Origin: Euglena gracilis
Lineage: Eukaryota
Assembly (NCBI GenBank): GCA_039621445.1
Contig: CP154954.1
Location: 31,086,012-31,150,011 of the forward strand
Reading direction: 5' to 3'
DNA: 64,000 bases
Under the pieces are notes generated by a model, which saw only the letters and a program-made list of their open reading frames with translations, made no database searches and had not been told where the DNA came from. The position numbers and the translations under genes are program-made. This document shows, in pieces, positions 1 to 11,014 of this stretch (positions within the stretch are counted from its first letter, which is position 1; every line of letters starts with the position of its first letter).

Positions 1-10
1 CTGACTCACA
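1..10 (-). repeat. Start of 3' LTR (TGTGAGTCAG), truncated by the window edge
   Basis: Identical to 11005-11014 and directly preceded on the minus strand by the PPT. Confidence 0.8.
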
Positions 11-21
11 CCCCCCTTCCC
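11..21 (-). promoter_or_regulatory. Polypurine tract (plus-strand primer) of the Gypsy element
   Basis: Minus strand reads GGGAAGGGGGG immediately before the LTR-initial TG. Confidence 0.8.
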
Positions 22-1167
22 GAAGGAGTTGTTTACAACTCTTCACAACTCCAACAGGAAGGGGTGCGGAGTGCACTCGTTGTGAGGAGGGGGCGAGCGA
101 GGGGACAGTTGTTCAGGCCCCCCCCCTCAGGGGGCTGTGCCGTTCAGGTTCGTTTTCTGACCGTGGGGCTGAGTCAAATGTTCTCCTTTGGCAGTTGGGT
201 CGGTTTGGTGTGTTGTCCCCCCTCCCAGCCCGCCTAGGGCTGTGTGGCGTTGGGGGGGAGGGGGCAGGCGACGTTGTGAACCAAGCGCCAGCCACGGGTA
301 AAAATTTCAGGAAATTCTAATTCCCAGGCCAGGTGAGTTGTTTTGTCACGGTCAGGGTCCTAGACAGCCGTTTTTGGTTCGGTTAGCCAATACGGTGTTT
401 GGGGTTGGTGTCCGTTCGGTGGGGGGTAGGTCCCGTTGGGGTCTTCAACCCCCCCCCCCCCCAGGCCAGGCGGTCAGGCTCCGGCCGGGGACGAATTTTT
501 ATAAGAATCAGGTGAATGCTGGGTTTCAGTTAAAAATAAGGCTGGGTCAAGGACAATGTTTTTTTTGTATTTTTGTTGTTTTTCTGGGGGGTAGACTGGT
601 TTGTGTGAGGTCAGGTGTTGCGGAGGGTCCTCGCCCCCCCCCCCCCCCAGGCCGGTGGCCCGGGGTCGGCCAGGTCTGCGTTTTTTGCGTTTTTGGGTCA
701 AAGTCAGGTTCCCCTTCCCCCGTTTGCCCAGTTTTGGCTGGCTGCTACGGTTGGGGTTGGGGGCTGTGTTTTGTTTTTTTTTTACAGGTAGGCTGGCCAA
801 GTCCAGGGGGGAAGGTTGGTTCTCCTCGGGGGGTCCCAACCCACAACAACAACGCTGAAGAATTGAAGAATGGATTGATTGGCTGTTGAGGGGTACTTGA
901 GGTCAGTGAATTCGGGTCGGGTCGGGTCTTGTTCAGGTCCGTTGGGCTGGATCAAGTTAAGCTGGCCAGCGGTTCAGGTTCAGGTGGGCTGGCCAGGGGT
1001 GCTGCCCGGGCCCGTTTTGTCGTTTTGGTTAAGCAGGTTTTGTATCAGGTATAATTGTTCAAATCGATTGAGGTTAATGTGAGCAGTAGGGTTGGGGTTG
1101 GCTTCGGGGTCGTTCGGGGTGTCGACGTTACGGTGTCTGTGAGGGGCCCACGGGTATGTGACATGCG

Positions 1168-1385
1168 TCACTCCATCCCATCAAGCAACACCCTCACATC
1201 CACAGCCAGGACCCGTTTTTTGCAGTATTGGACCACATCTTTGTTTGTTCGGAGGAAGAAGTCGTTCAGGGGTTCCCACTGAATATCAGATGGGTCCCAG
1301 TTTTTCCACTGAATCAAAAATTGAAGTTTTCCGACTTTTCTGCGGTGGTTCAGCACTTTTCAACATCCCACTCGTCCGGTCCGAC
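1168..1385 (-). pseudogene. Chromodomain at the integrase C-terminus (frameshifted)
   Basis: EWDVEK / LNHRRKVGKLQFLIQWKNWDPSDIQWEPL matches the chromodomain pattern (VE.I..hr...yLikW.g......WEP). Confidence 0.85.
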
Positions 1386-2400
1386 CTCCAACTCCTGTTC
1401 CTTGCCCCACCAAAAGTAGAGGGGGACAGGGGTTGTGTTGTAGAGGTCCTCCTTGTGGGGTTTGAGTTGTGAACGGTGGGCAGGTTGTCGGTTTCCAGGT
1501 CGTAGTTCAACCACGTAGGAGTGTTGTCCTACCCGTTCCAACACCACCGCAGGTCCTTTCCACTTCGGTTCGAGTTTGTCGCTGCCGGGTTGTCTTTCGG
1601 GTTGATACCAGACTTTGGGACCGATTTCCAAGGCAGGTGGTTCTCTGCGTTTTTGGTTCACCGTTTAACCCCTTTCACGCTGTTTTTCGTTCAGGACCAG
1701 ACTGACCCACTGGTCTTGTTCCTTCATCTTTTCCAAGAACGCTGTGGCCCCTTCCGCTTCCTTTTGTGGTTGGTATGGCAATCCCGCCAACGGTCTGTGC
1801 CTGCCAAACACAATTTCGTACGGTGACAATCCCGTTTCACCTGGGACGCAACCTTTTCTGCTGTGAGTCCCTTGGCCAGGTGGGGGGTTGCAACCATCCA
1901 CCCACTCAGCCTGTCCACACACAACGACAACGTGTCGTATTTCTTCCCTTCAAAGGTCGTTTCAGGTGGTGAGAACAAATCGATAGCAACACTGTCCATC
2001 AGGTGTGCAGGAATAGGTGGCGGTTCAATGGGGCACTTGTATGGTAGGTGGCTGGGTTCTGTGGCTTGGCAGGTTTCACACACGGTCATCATTTTGCCTG
2101 TCAGTTTTTTTGCATCCTGCTGGTGCGCAAACGCAAACCGCCTTCCCATCTGGTCCCACAGTCGGGCTGACCCTGGGTGCCCGGCTGTTTCGTGATGTTC
2201 CCAAAATACGTTTCCAGTCAACCCACTTGGTACACACAGAAGACCGTTTTTGTAGAGCCTGCCGTTATCGTATCGGTACCCGTCAGGCCAGTTTTTGAAC
2301 TCTGTTTCCTTCAGGTTCTTGAGCACAGGTCCCCACCTTGGGCAACTTTCGTAGTCGTTCTTCCATTCCCTGTCCATCACCCCTTTTGGTTCCCCCTGTT
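1386..2400 (-). pseudogene. Gypsy integrase, internally deleted
   Basis: HHETAGHPG...CETCQ zinc finger, VAIDLF, VDRLSG, TGLSPYEIVFGR and KLEPKWKGP (GPY/F). The sequence jumps from TAEKVASQ to TGLSPY, so the second D and the E are missing. Confidence 0.88.
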
Positions 2401-2636
2401 GGAGCTCCGGGGCGTGCACTCCCCTTGATGGAGGTCCAACGGGTGTCCCCGTTGAGGATGACGCACCTTGCGCGTCCTGTTGTTTTGTTGAGTCGGTTGT
2501 TGTTAGGGGTTCCACTGGGTCCTCTTCCAGGGGTCTTCGCCTTGGTGGGTCTTCCTCAGTGGATGGTCCCTCGGCCGTATTTGAATTTTCTGGGGTTTCG
2601 TTTTTTGGTTGGTCTGGTCTTATCAGGTTTCCTGCC

Positions 2637-3563
2637 TCATCCGTGGTCTCCCTTGGGGTTACTTCTGCCAGTCTTTTGCTTGGTTCCACCACAGTCGTTT
2701 CCTTCACAACCCATTTCTTTGTCGTTTTTGCAGGTTTTTGAGGTGTTTTTTGAACTTTTTTGAGGGGTGTCACCGTTTTCCGTTGAACCAGGCACTGTGG
2801 GCGAATCTTCACCCGTTTTGGCTCCCCCCCTTGTTGCGACGGCCACAGTGACGGGTTCCTGTTTTCGTGCCTGTGCCAGGTCTGCCACGTTGATCACCAT
2901 ACAAGTTTTCTGTTCCTTTTCCTCCTGTTTGGTGATTTCTTTCATGAGTCGGTCGTCCTCCTCACTCCCGCGGATACTCACGTCGGCGAATGCCTGTGTG
3001 GCGGGGTAGGCCCACCAACTCAAGGCATCGGCGACCGTGTTGTCTTTGCCAGGTACGTATGCTACAGTTATGTCGAACCGCGAAAGCAGTTCGTGCCACC
3101 TAGCCCTACGTCCAGCTGGTCCACTGGGGGTGTCCAGAGCTTCCGTTGCCCATGCCTCAATGGATTTGTGGTCCGTCAACACCAGTACCGGTTGCATTCC
3201 TATCCAGGAAGCCCATTTTTGCAGGGCCAGGATCACTGCGTAGGTCTCCTTCTCTCTAGGAGACCACGAGCGAACCTGCCCAGGTGTCAGCTTTCGTGAA
3301 CAAAAAGCTACAGGTACCATTTTTTTGGTCATGGCTGTCGTTGGGTCTGGTTTTTCTGCAGTGTCCTCCGCAAATTGTTCCAGAGCCGCACCCACTGCTC
3401 TGCCACTTGCGTCCACCCTGAGTATGAACGGTTTGTCGGGGTTCACCGTTTGCAGTTTCAGGCTTCCGAGCAGTTTTTCTTTGATGGTCTGGAAGGCTGT
3501 TCTTTCCTTTTCACCGAAAAACACAGGTGTCATGCTTCCTTTCTTTCCTTGTCCCCTTTTCAC
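2637..3563 (-). CDS. RNase H region of pol, followed by a low-complexity linker
   Basis: FILRVDASG, PVAFCSRKL, EKETYAV, LTDHKS, ARWHELL and YVPGKDNTVADALS are Ty3 RNase H motifs. Confidence 0.92.
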   Translation of the reverse strand: MKRGQGKKGSMTPVFFGEKERTAFQTIKEKLLGSLKLQTVNPDKPFILRVDASGRAVGAALEQFAEDTAEKPDPTTAMTKKMVPVAFCSRKLTPGQVRSWSPREKETYAVILALQKWASWIGMQPVLVLTDHKSIEAWATEALDTPSGPAGRRARWHELLSRFDITVAYVPGKDNTVADALSWWAYPATQAFADVSIRGSEEDDRLMKEITKQEEKEQKTCMVINVADLAQARKQEPVTVAVATRGGAKTGEDSPTVPGSTENGDTPQKSSKNTSKTCKNDKEMGCEGNDCGGTKQKTGRSNPKGDHG

Positions 3564-3572
3564 TTTCAGTTT

Positions 3573-4763
3573 TTACATCAGGTCTGCAGCCATTTCCGCG
3601 TACCCTGGTATGTATGAGGCGTGGTAATTTGTGAATCCCAGGAATGCCCGCAGGGCTGTGACCGTTTTTGGTTCCTCCCATTTCTCCAAGGCCATCAGTT
3701 TCCCAGGTGCTGGTTTTCGTTGTCCACCACCCAGCACATGTCCACAGAATTCAACCTCTTTCACGAAAAATTTGCATTTCTTGATGTCTGCCACGTGTTG
3801 CTGTTTTTTCAGTGCCTCCATCACCCTTCTGATGTCCTTGTCGTCTTGTTCAAGGGTTTTGTCTTCTGACCCCTGCCATACGGTTCCTACGATGATGTCG
3901 TCAACGTAGGGGTTTGCAATGTCCTGTACCTCCTCCAGGCTGTACTCGATCACCCGCTGTAAAATCGGTACACCGTTTTTCATTCCCATGACCACCACTC
4001 TCCACTGTTTTGTTCCATTAGGTGTGCTGCAGCAGGTGTAGGATCTGGACTCTGTTCTCAGTGGCACCTGGTGGAAGGCGTCTTTTAGGTCCAGTACGCT
4101 GTACAGGGCCCGTTGTCCTTGTTGAACTTGGATGTCTTCTATCCTAGGGAGGGGATGGGCGTCTGTGATTGTTGCCTCGTTCAGTGCTCTAAAATCCACC
4201 ACTCCTCTCCATTTTCCACCTTTTTTGGCCACCACGAACGTGGGACTGGACCAGTCACTCCTCCCGTCTTCCACTTTCAGGTCACTAACCCGTTCGTCCA
4301 CCATGTCGATGAGTGCCTGTCGGCGTTCTCCTGTCATGTGGATGGGTCTTTGTCTTTTCGTCACTGTTCCAGGTTTCAGTTCGATTTTCCCATAACCCAG
4401 AGGTCCACGTTCTGGGGGGTCTGGGAAGATTTTGTATGGCAAGACCACTCCTTCGTAATCCTGCCGCAGTTTTTTCACCAGTTCAGCCACCTTTTCGCCT
4501 TGTGTTTCCTGTCCTTCTGGCACCACCACAACACCGTGAACCCTGTCAGATTTCTTTGGCGATTTCTGAAGTTGTTTTGCCAGTGTTTCCAGTGTTGTTT
4601 CGTCTGCAAATAGTTTTTCGTCGTCCTGGCCCGCTTCAGCAGGAATCTGCAAATTCATTGCCCGCACTGCCGAAATGTTTTTCTGAAGGTGGTGTATTTT
4701 CCGTTCCCTGTGTTTTTGTTCCTTCAGCTGGTGCCAAACTGGACAGCAGCCGCAGTGGTTCAT
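3573..4763 (-). CDS. Reverse transcriptase (Ty3/Gypsy)
   Basis: WSSPTFVV, WRGVVDFRALN, HPLPRIED, LDLKDAFHQV, NPYVDDIIV, KCKFFVKEVEFCGH, LRAFLGFTNY. Confidence 0.95.
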   Translation of the reverse strand: MNHCGCCPVWHQLKEQKHRERKIHHLQKNISAVRAMNLQIPAEAGQDDEKLFADETTLETLAKQLQKSPKKSDRVHGVVVVPEGQETQGEKVAELVKKLRQDYEGVVLPYKIFPDPPERGPLGYGKIELKPGTVTKRQRPIHMTGERRQALIDMVDERVSDLKVEDGRSDWSSPTFVVAKKGGKWRGVVDFRALNEATITDAHPLPRIEDIQVQQGQRALYSVLDLKDAFHQVPLRTESRSYTCCSTPNGTKQWRVVVMGMKNGVPILQRVIEYSLEEVQDIANPYVDDIIVGTVWQGSEDKTLEQDDKDIRRVMEALKKQQHVADIKKCKFFVKEVEFCGHVLGGGQRKPAPGKLMALEKWEEPKTVTALRAFLGFTNYHASYIPGYAEMAADLM

Positions 4764-5140
4764 CTATGAGGGCCAGTGATTGTAGGTGTGAAAAAACCCC
4801 CAGTTGGTGTTGCTCTATCCACGGATACCCGAGGATGGCATCCACTTGGATGTCGGCGTCATGGAACGTTCCAATGGTGGACCATTCCCTTGTTCTGTCA
4901 GTGTTGTGCACCCGTGGTGAAAACTGCAGTTCCAGTGTGACTTCACGTAGTCCTCCTTCCATCCTTGTTCCGTGTGCTGTGATCAGGGCCAGGGGTTTTT
5001 GTGAACGTCTGAAATTTTGTTGTGGGATCAGGTTCTTTTTCACCAGGTTTGCCTGTGCTCCCGTGTCAATCAGGGCCTGTAGGAACATTTTTTTGCCGTC
5101 GGGCAACACAGCACGGACTTCGATGAGGAGTTGTTTTGCT
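4764..5140 (-). CDS. Retropepsin aspartic protease (ORF 4636-5109, frameshifted to RT)
   Basis: ALIDTGAQANLV and DAILGYPWI motifs. Confidence 0.9.
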
Positions 5141-5232
5141 TTCTTTCTGCTGATGACCTGCCCAGCAGGAGTTTGGACACCGGTTCACACAGTCGTTTTG
5201 GAAGCCAAATGTTTTGGTCTGGTTCTGTTTTG

Positions 5233-5928
5233 TCAGTTGAATCTGTGTTTGGCTGTTGACCTGTCAGTTCTGGGCTGGGCTGTGAGTTTTGTTCCACAGA
5301 ACAGGTCCAGCATTTTTGGTTTTGGTTTTTCAGCTGTGGCCCGTTCTGGTGTCGCTGTGGCTGCCTCCTGCAGTTTTCTGATGTTTTTCTGTGGTTTTTC
5401 TGTCCCCAAGTCGTTTTTCTGTTCACCACCCTCCGCCTCGTCCTCCACTGGCGGGTACTCGTGGGCTGTGCCGAACCTCACCTTGGATGTCGGGTGTAGG
5501 GGGGTGAAATGTTTGTGGAAACCTGGTAGGTACTTGCACCATGTTCCTTGTCCGCATACCAAAAACACTTCCACAGGCCACGGTGTATTCCTGCAGTTCT
5601 TGTCACCCTGTCCGAACAGTTTTGTTCCCGCTGGGATGAACATTGACATCACTGCCAGTTTTTTGATTTCTCCGTACCATTTTCTGTGAACCCATCTGGG
5701 TACCATGAGGAGTGCATGGGCCTCGTCTGTTTGAATTTTTCTCACCACCTGTGAAATTTTGCTGAATGGGGGGTTCATCCACAGCAGTTTTACGTGCCAG
5801 TTTTTTCCAAAGGCATCAGTTCCGTCTGGGCTGCCAGATCCCCACCATTGCGGGAATCTTTTGTTCTTTTCCGTTGCAAAGGCATCCAGCTGGGGCTGGA
5901 CCCCGAAGTGTGAGAGAATTTCTGCCAT
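5233..5928 (-). CDS. Dam-like DNA N6-adenine methyltransferase domain, ending in a C5-MTase-like motif I (MLDLFCGT)
   Basis: QLDAFATEKNKRF..WW (SAM-binding), DAFGKNW, LLWMNPPFSKISQVVRKI, LLMVPRW...WY. This is the layout of phage Dam-like and DIRS MT domains. Confidence 0.88.
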   Translation of the reverse strand: MAEILSHFGVQPQLDAFATEKNKRFPQWWGSGSPDGTDAFGKNWHVKLLWMNPPFSKISQVVRKIQTDEAHALLMVPRWVHRKWYGEIKKLAVMSMFIPAGTKLFGQGDKNCRNTPWPVEVFLVCGQGTWCKYLPGFHKHFTPLHPTSKVRFGTAHEYPPVEDEAEGGEQKNDLGTEKPQKNIRKLQEAATATPERATAEKPKPKMLDLFCGTKLTAQPRTDRSTAKHRFN

Positions 5929-8062
5929 TTTATCTTAATTCACGTGGTAGTTTTCAGACACCCACCGTGAAGCTGCTTTGCCGAACCTGCAGCTGACCTG
6001 TTCCCTTTTCGGTTCTGGGCTGTGGAGTAATTTGTTTGTCAGGATGTTTTTCTTTTGGGATTTTTTCTTACCTCCCTTACCCAGTGTGTATGACCGCTGC
6101 GGCTCTGGACCTGGTTCCCTTGTTTTGTTTTGTTGTTTCGGTTGTGTCTGCAGAGAGTCGCCCCTCTCGTTCCCTACCCTCAGGCAGGCTCACTTCCGTT
6201 CAGCGTTTTGAACTGGCTGCCAGAGATTGCTGGAAGATGCTTCTGCCTTTGGCTGTCCCTGTGGCTGGTTGGCTGGCTCCTGTAAGCTCGTTCGCTGTGG
6301 CTGTGGTTCGGTTTTCGTTGCTGCTGGCTGTGGCTGTGGCTGCCCTTTGCCTTTTCCTTTCCCGCTCTCCTTCCCAGAATTGTATCCTTTCCCAGAGTTG
6401 TATCCCTTTCCTGAATCGTAGCCTTTGCCGTAATTCTGATTCCAGTTCTGGTTCCAGTTTTGGGTTGAACCCCAGTTTTGACCTTTCCCCTTTCCTTTGC
6501 CTTTGCCTCAGTCGTTCTGTCCCCAGTCTGACCAGTTGGTGTGCCGTCCCTGGCCGGGCTGTTCTGAAACTGCCGTGGGCACCTGCTGGCGTGGAGAAGG
6601 GGGTCTGGGTTTTTCAGGTGTTGGGGTTCGAGGTCCAGGACAGTTGGGTCGGGATCTGGAATGTGGTGTCCGACTTCTGGATTTTGTTTTCTCCTCCTCC
6701 TTGACTTCCCTGACGTAACCCCTGCGGTCCGTCGACCGTGTTCTGTTTTCTCGTGGTTGGTTCTGCCAGCCGTTGTACCCCCTACCCAGGGCGTCTGACT
6801 GTTGTTGGCACCGGAGTTCAGTTTCCACACGTTGGAACAATTCGTCCAGTGTCAGTTTGGCCTGTACCTGTGTGAAATGTGGCTTGTGTCCAGTCAGCAA
6901 CGTTGAACCGTTTTTCATCAGGAGAAGTTCAGCAGCTCTGCTGCTGTGCAGTTGGATCCAGAAGTTTTGTCCGTCTCGTGCCACCTTAAAATTTTCACCT
7001 GTGCCCACAGGTGCTGCCACCAGGTCACGAACGTCTTCCGTTGTTGCATCTGGCACTTGTGTAATGTTCGTGACCCCTTTCAGTTTCAGTGTCGGTCTGT
7101 CCTGATTTCTGCGGTCCTGTTCCCTGATGCAGCTTCTGCGTTGCGTTTCAAGCATTTCTTCAGCCACCAGGTTGTAAGCGTCTTCCTCTGATGGATTTTC
7201 CAGCCTGCTGTAGAGGAGTTTGAAATGGGCTTCAAACTCCCTCCACGCTTCCAGTGTCAGTTTTCCTTCCATTTTTGGTCTCAGGTTTTTCAGTTCGTCT
7301 TTGATGGCTGATTGCGTGTCTCCACCCTATTTCTGGCACATCCAGTTCCAAAATTCCTGGTATTTTATTTTCTCACCTCGTTCCTGTCTGCGTTGTAGTT
7401 CCAGTTTGCTGGCACTGTCCAGGCTGCCCTCCAGCAGTAACAGTTTCAGGTCATCGGTCAGGGACCCCTGACCGGCTGACACACGTTGCAGGTACATTGG
7501 AAATTTCACGGCAAAATCTGCTAAATTCCCCTGCAGTGTTGGTCTTACCAGGTCTTTTGTCATTGCCGCGCCCACTGGACCCAGCAGCAGCCCGAAGGAT
7601 GCTGCCGGGGCCGTTGCCACGGGTGCCACCACTGTTTCCTCTCCTATGTGGTGGATGGCAGTTTGGGTAGACACCATCTGGGGACCCACCCAGGTTGTTG
7701 TGGCTGTGTTCTGAGTTTCTGTTTCGTCTGCCCACATGAACAAGCCCCGAGTCCGGGACTGTGAGTTTTGTTGTGTCGTCACTGGCTGTGAAATCTGTTG
7801 AGTCGGCTCGGTTGGCTGTGGTGATGGGCTTGTCGGGTTTGTCGTCAGTGCTGGGCTGGTCGGGACTGCAGTCGGCCGTTGTTCTGTTTGTCGAGTCAGT
7901 TGGGCAATTAACGGTGTCAAGGCAGTTTTTGGTTCTTGCTGGATGAGCTGCCCCACCAGGGAAGCCGGGTTAACGGTCCCCAGTGCTGCAGCTCCTCCTT
8001 CCATTTTTGGGTGTGGTGTTTCGTCCCCCCAGTGCTGGCTGCTCTGGCTGAACATACCTGTC

Positions 8063-8300
8063 AGGGGTTGTGGGTCCCCGTCCCCGTTTGACAGACCTGG
8101 GGTTCTGGGGTCCCCGTCCCTTGGTTTCCTGCGGGCTGGCCTCTCAGGGCTGGCCGTGGCTGGGCCAGGGGTTGTGGGGTCCCCATCCCCGTTGGCCAGA
8201 CCTGGGGTTCTAGGGTCCCCGTCCCGTGTTGTCTTCTGGGCTGGCCCCTCGGGGCTGGTGGGGGCTGGTTCTGGGGTTGTGGGGTCCCCGATCCCCGTTG
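8063..8300. repeat. About 105-bp imperfect tandem repeat within the gag-like ORF
   Basis: ggggttgtgg(g)gtcccc recurs near 8064, 8168 and 8272, with agacctggggttct in two units. Confidence 0.75.
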
Positions 8301-10189
8301 GCCCGCGGCCCTGTCTGCCCCCTGGGGGGGTTGTTCTGTTCGTTGGGCCGTTGTGGCTGACCCTCGCTGTCCAGCCTGGGTCCTCGAGGGAAACCCGCCG
8401 GCCAGGGAGCTGGCCCCCGTCTCTGGCCCGAAGGCCCCTGTGCAGGCTGGGCGAGAGGAAATGCTTAAATTTTCGAAAAGTTTGGGTATTTCAGCCAGGC
8501 CAGAGCTGGGGGTTGTGATTTGCTGGGTGTTTTGCCTTTCCAGTTTTTCAGTCAGGTTTTCAGTCGTTTTTGTCACAGTACTGATTTTTCTGTCCAGGGT
8601 CACCAGCTGTTCTGTCCTCCGTTTCTGCTGTGTTTGCAGTTCTGTGGTCAGAGAATGTAAATGCTGCCAAATGCCGTTGTCATGAGTTTCCCGTTCTGCA
8701 GTTTTTGTTGTCAGACAAGCCAGTTTTGCTTCCAGTTGACCGACCCTGGTTGTCATTGATCCAATGGCAGATGCCATTTCCAGCCATTTGGCATGTTCAG
8801 ATGTGTCATGTGTTCCTGTTTTAATGGTCCCTTTTTGTAGTTCACCCAGCAGTTTTTGAGTCGTTTGGGCTGTTTCGTCCACCCTGTGACCCAGGTTGCC
8901 AACCTCCAGGTTCAGACGTTCAGTGCGTTGTTTGTGTTTTTCTTCGTTGGAGGTCAGAGTTTCCACCTGTCGTTTCAGTCTGCCGATTTCCTCGTTCAGC
9001 CGTGTAGTCTGCTGCTGCTGATCTGGGATTTTCTGCAGTTCGACCAATTTTTTGTGCAGGTAATCACAGTTCTGAATGGTTGTTGTCGTTTTTGTTTCCT
9101 GCTGCTGAACCCGTCCTGCCAGATTTCCGATTTCACTGCCCATGTCCTTCTGAATTCTTTCCACCACACTGCTGATTTCGCCTCTGAGGTTTTCAACCTT
9201 GCTGGACACTGTTGCCACCGTTTCGTCCACTTTGCTGTTCACCGTTTGGACTCCGCCTGTGATTCCTGCGACCCGTTCTTCTGCCACGGCCAATCTTTGT
9301 TGCAGTTCTGCAGTTGGTTTTTCATTTTCTCGCTGTCGGTGCAGTAAACCAACCAGATGTTCACCCTGGTTCTGTGCGTTTCCACCTGCCTTCTGCAGAA
9401 AACTGTGAAATTCCCTGAGTTTTGCACCCAGTGAGCCAGACATTTCCCTGATTTCTGTGATCTGCTGTGACATTCCGTTGAAATGTACCTGGTACAGCCT
9501 GTTCTGGTTGACGGTCACCTGTTCCATGTTTGCCTGTGTTGTTGCCAGTACTGTTGTCAGTTCTTCGTGTCTGCCGTTTTTTTCTGTCATGAGTGCTTCA
9601 CCCTGTCTGTTCACTGTTACATGCAGTTCGCTGACCCATTCCGTCGTTGTTTGCTGTAGCTGCTGCACTGTTTCTGCCGTTTGCTGGTTCGTCTGTTCGG
9701 TTTTGCGTCTGAACTGTTGAAATTCCTGGGTCAGCTATCCAGTTTCGTATGCAAAGTTCGACCACCAGTCCCAGTCGTTCTGGTTCTGTGGTTCCGGCTG
9801 TGGAATCTCGTACGAGCTGTACGATGGTTCCTGGTACGAAGTTTCAGCTTCACCCTGGAGGCGGTCTGGTTGTTCCGGGCTCTGTCGTACCGCCACCAGT
9901 GCAAAACTCTGGGTTCCTGGTTGCTGCGCTGTTGCAGTTTGCCAGTTTTGGTCGTTCTGAGTGTCCGTTTCTGGCTGTTGGTACCAGTTTCGTGGTGCAA
10001 ACACCTGTTCGTCGAAGTACGGTTCGTTGTTTTCGTCCAGTTCTGTGTAATCTGGTGCTGGACCGGTCTGTTCGGTGTCGTCCTGGTCCATGTGCACCAT
10101 GGCAATGACACGTGGGCTGTCATTGCATGTCTGTGGCACTGTAATGTCTGTGCCGTTTTGTTCAGTTTCAGTCCACCTGTTGCTGTCCA

Positions 10190-10416
10190 GTGACTGGTAC
10201 ATGGCGGCAAAGCCATCTGCCGGCTCCAACACCCTAGCGATGGCGGTTAAGGCAGCTGGCATTTCCAGCGTTCGTTCATTGCTGGGAAACCATCCGCCTG
10301 CTTCACCACCCTAGCGATGGCGGTAAAGGCAGCTGGCACATCCAGTGTTTGGTACATGGCTGAGTTGCCCTCCGCCGGCTCCGCCACCCTAGCGATGGCG
10401 GTTTCGGCAGCTGGCA
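10190..10416. repeat. About 78-bp tandem repeat, 3 copies
   Basis: accctagcgatggcggt...ggcagctggca near 10231, 10308 and 10386 (peptide MPAA.TAIARV). Confidence 0.85.
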
Positions 10417-10855
10417 TGTCAGCGTCAGTGTTTTCAGTTTCTGGTCGTTTTTCAGCTTGTTGTTCGTAGCCGCATGTTGGAGGGGAATCAAAATTGGGCA
10501 GTCTACCTCTGCGACCATGTTGTAACCGTGGTACCTGCCCTGGAGTTTCCAGTCCCTCGGGGCCGGCACCCCTTTGCGTAGGATCTTTTACCCTGCCCAG
10601 GGTATTTTCAATTCCCCTCGCGGCTTGTTTTGAAAGTTGCATTTTCTTTGTTTTTATGGGTCTTTTTGGGTGAAAACAGGTGGTTTGGTTGGCTCACACC
10701 TTTCCTTTGATAAAAAATCCACAAGCAATCAGCAAATCCACCAGCACAATACAAGCAAACCACAAAGGATGAAAGTACCAAAGTCCAAACCAAGGGTAAG
10801 AGAATGATAGGTTCCAGATAATTGACCAGATAATTATTGGACCCCAAATTGACAG

Positions 10856-11014
10856 TGTGACAGAGAGACAGACAGAGGACAGAGCCCTGCACAGGGACAG
10901 ATGGAGTCAGTGATTGAAATTCCTAATAAGACTTTCCTAATCCTAACTGAAGAGTCATCAGGTTGGGTTGGGTTAGGTTGTGTTTTTTTGGGCACTCAGC
11001 TACCCTGACTCACA
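10856..11014 (-). repeat. 5' LTR, about 159 bp (TGTGA...TCACA)
   Basis: Starts TGTGAGTCAG; nearest matching inverted terminus CTGTCACA ends at 10856. The inner boundary is inferred because the 3' LTR is off-window. Confidence 0.65.

Larger units (their letters stand above)
5940..10642 (-). pseudogene. Long gag-like/ORF1 region in several ORF pieces (coiled coil 8061-9668; gag-like 6508-8055; GKG/NWNQ low-complexity tail)
   Basis: Consecutive same-strand ORFs between the 5' LTR and MTase-protease, heptad-rich Q/E/L segment, GKGKG repeats near 6340-6510. Confidence 0.65.
1..11014 (-). mobile_element. Ty3/Gypsy (chromovirus-type) LTR retrotransposon carrying methyltransferase domain(s); decayed; 3' LTR runs off the window start
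   Basis: Minus-strand order gag-like, N6-MTase, protease (LIDTGA), RT (YVDD), RNase H, integrase, chromodomain. TGTGAGTCAG occurs at 11014-11005 and again at 10-1 directly after a polypurine tract. Confidence 0.93.

Noticed and set aside
4313-5689. 458-aa plus-strand ORF and similar antisense ORFs in 1-10 kb
   Set aside because: Shadow ORFs of the TA-poor minus-strand coding sequence; no recognisable motifs.
5233-5928. MTase as part of a bacterial restriction-modification system or prophage
   Set aside because: It is embedded in the gag-pol strand of an LTR element, with no endonuclease or phage genes nearby.
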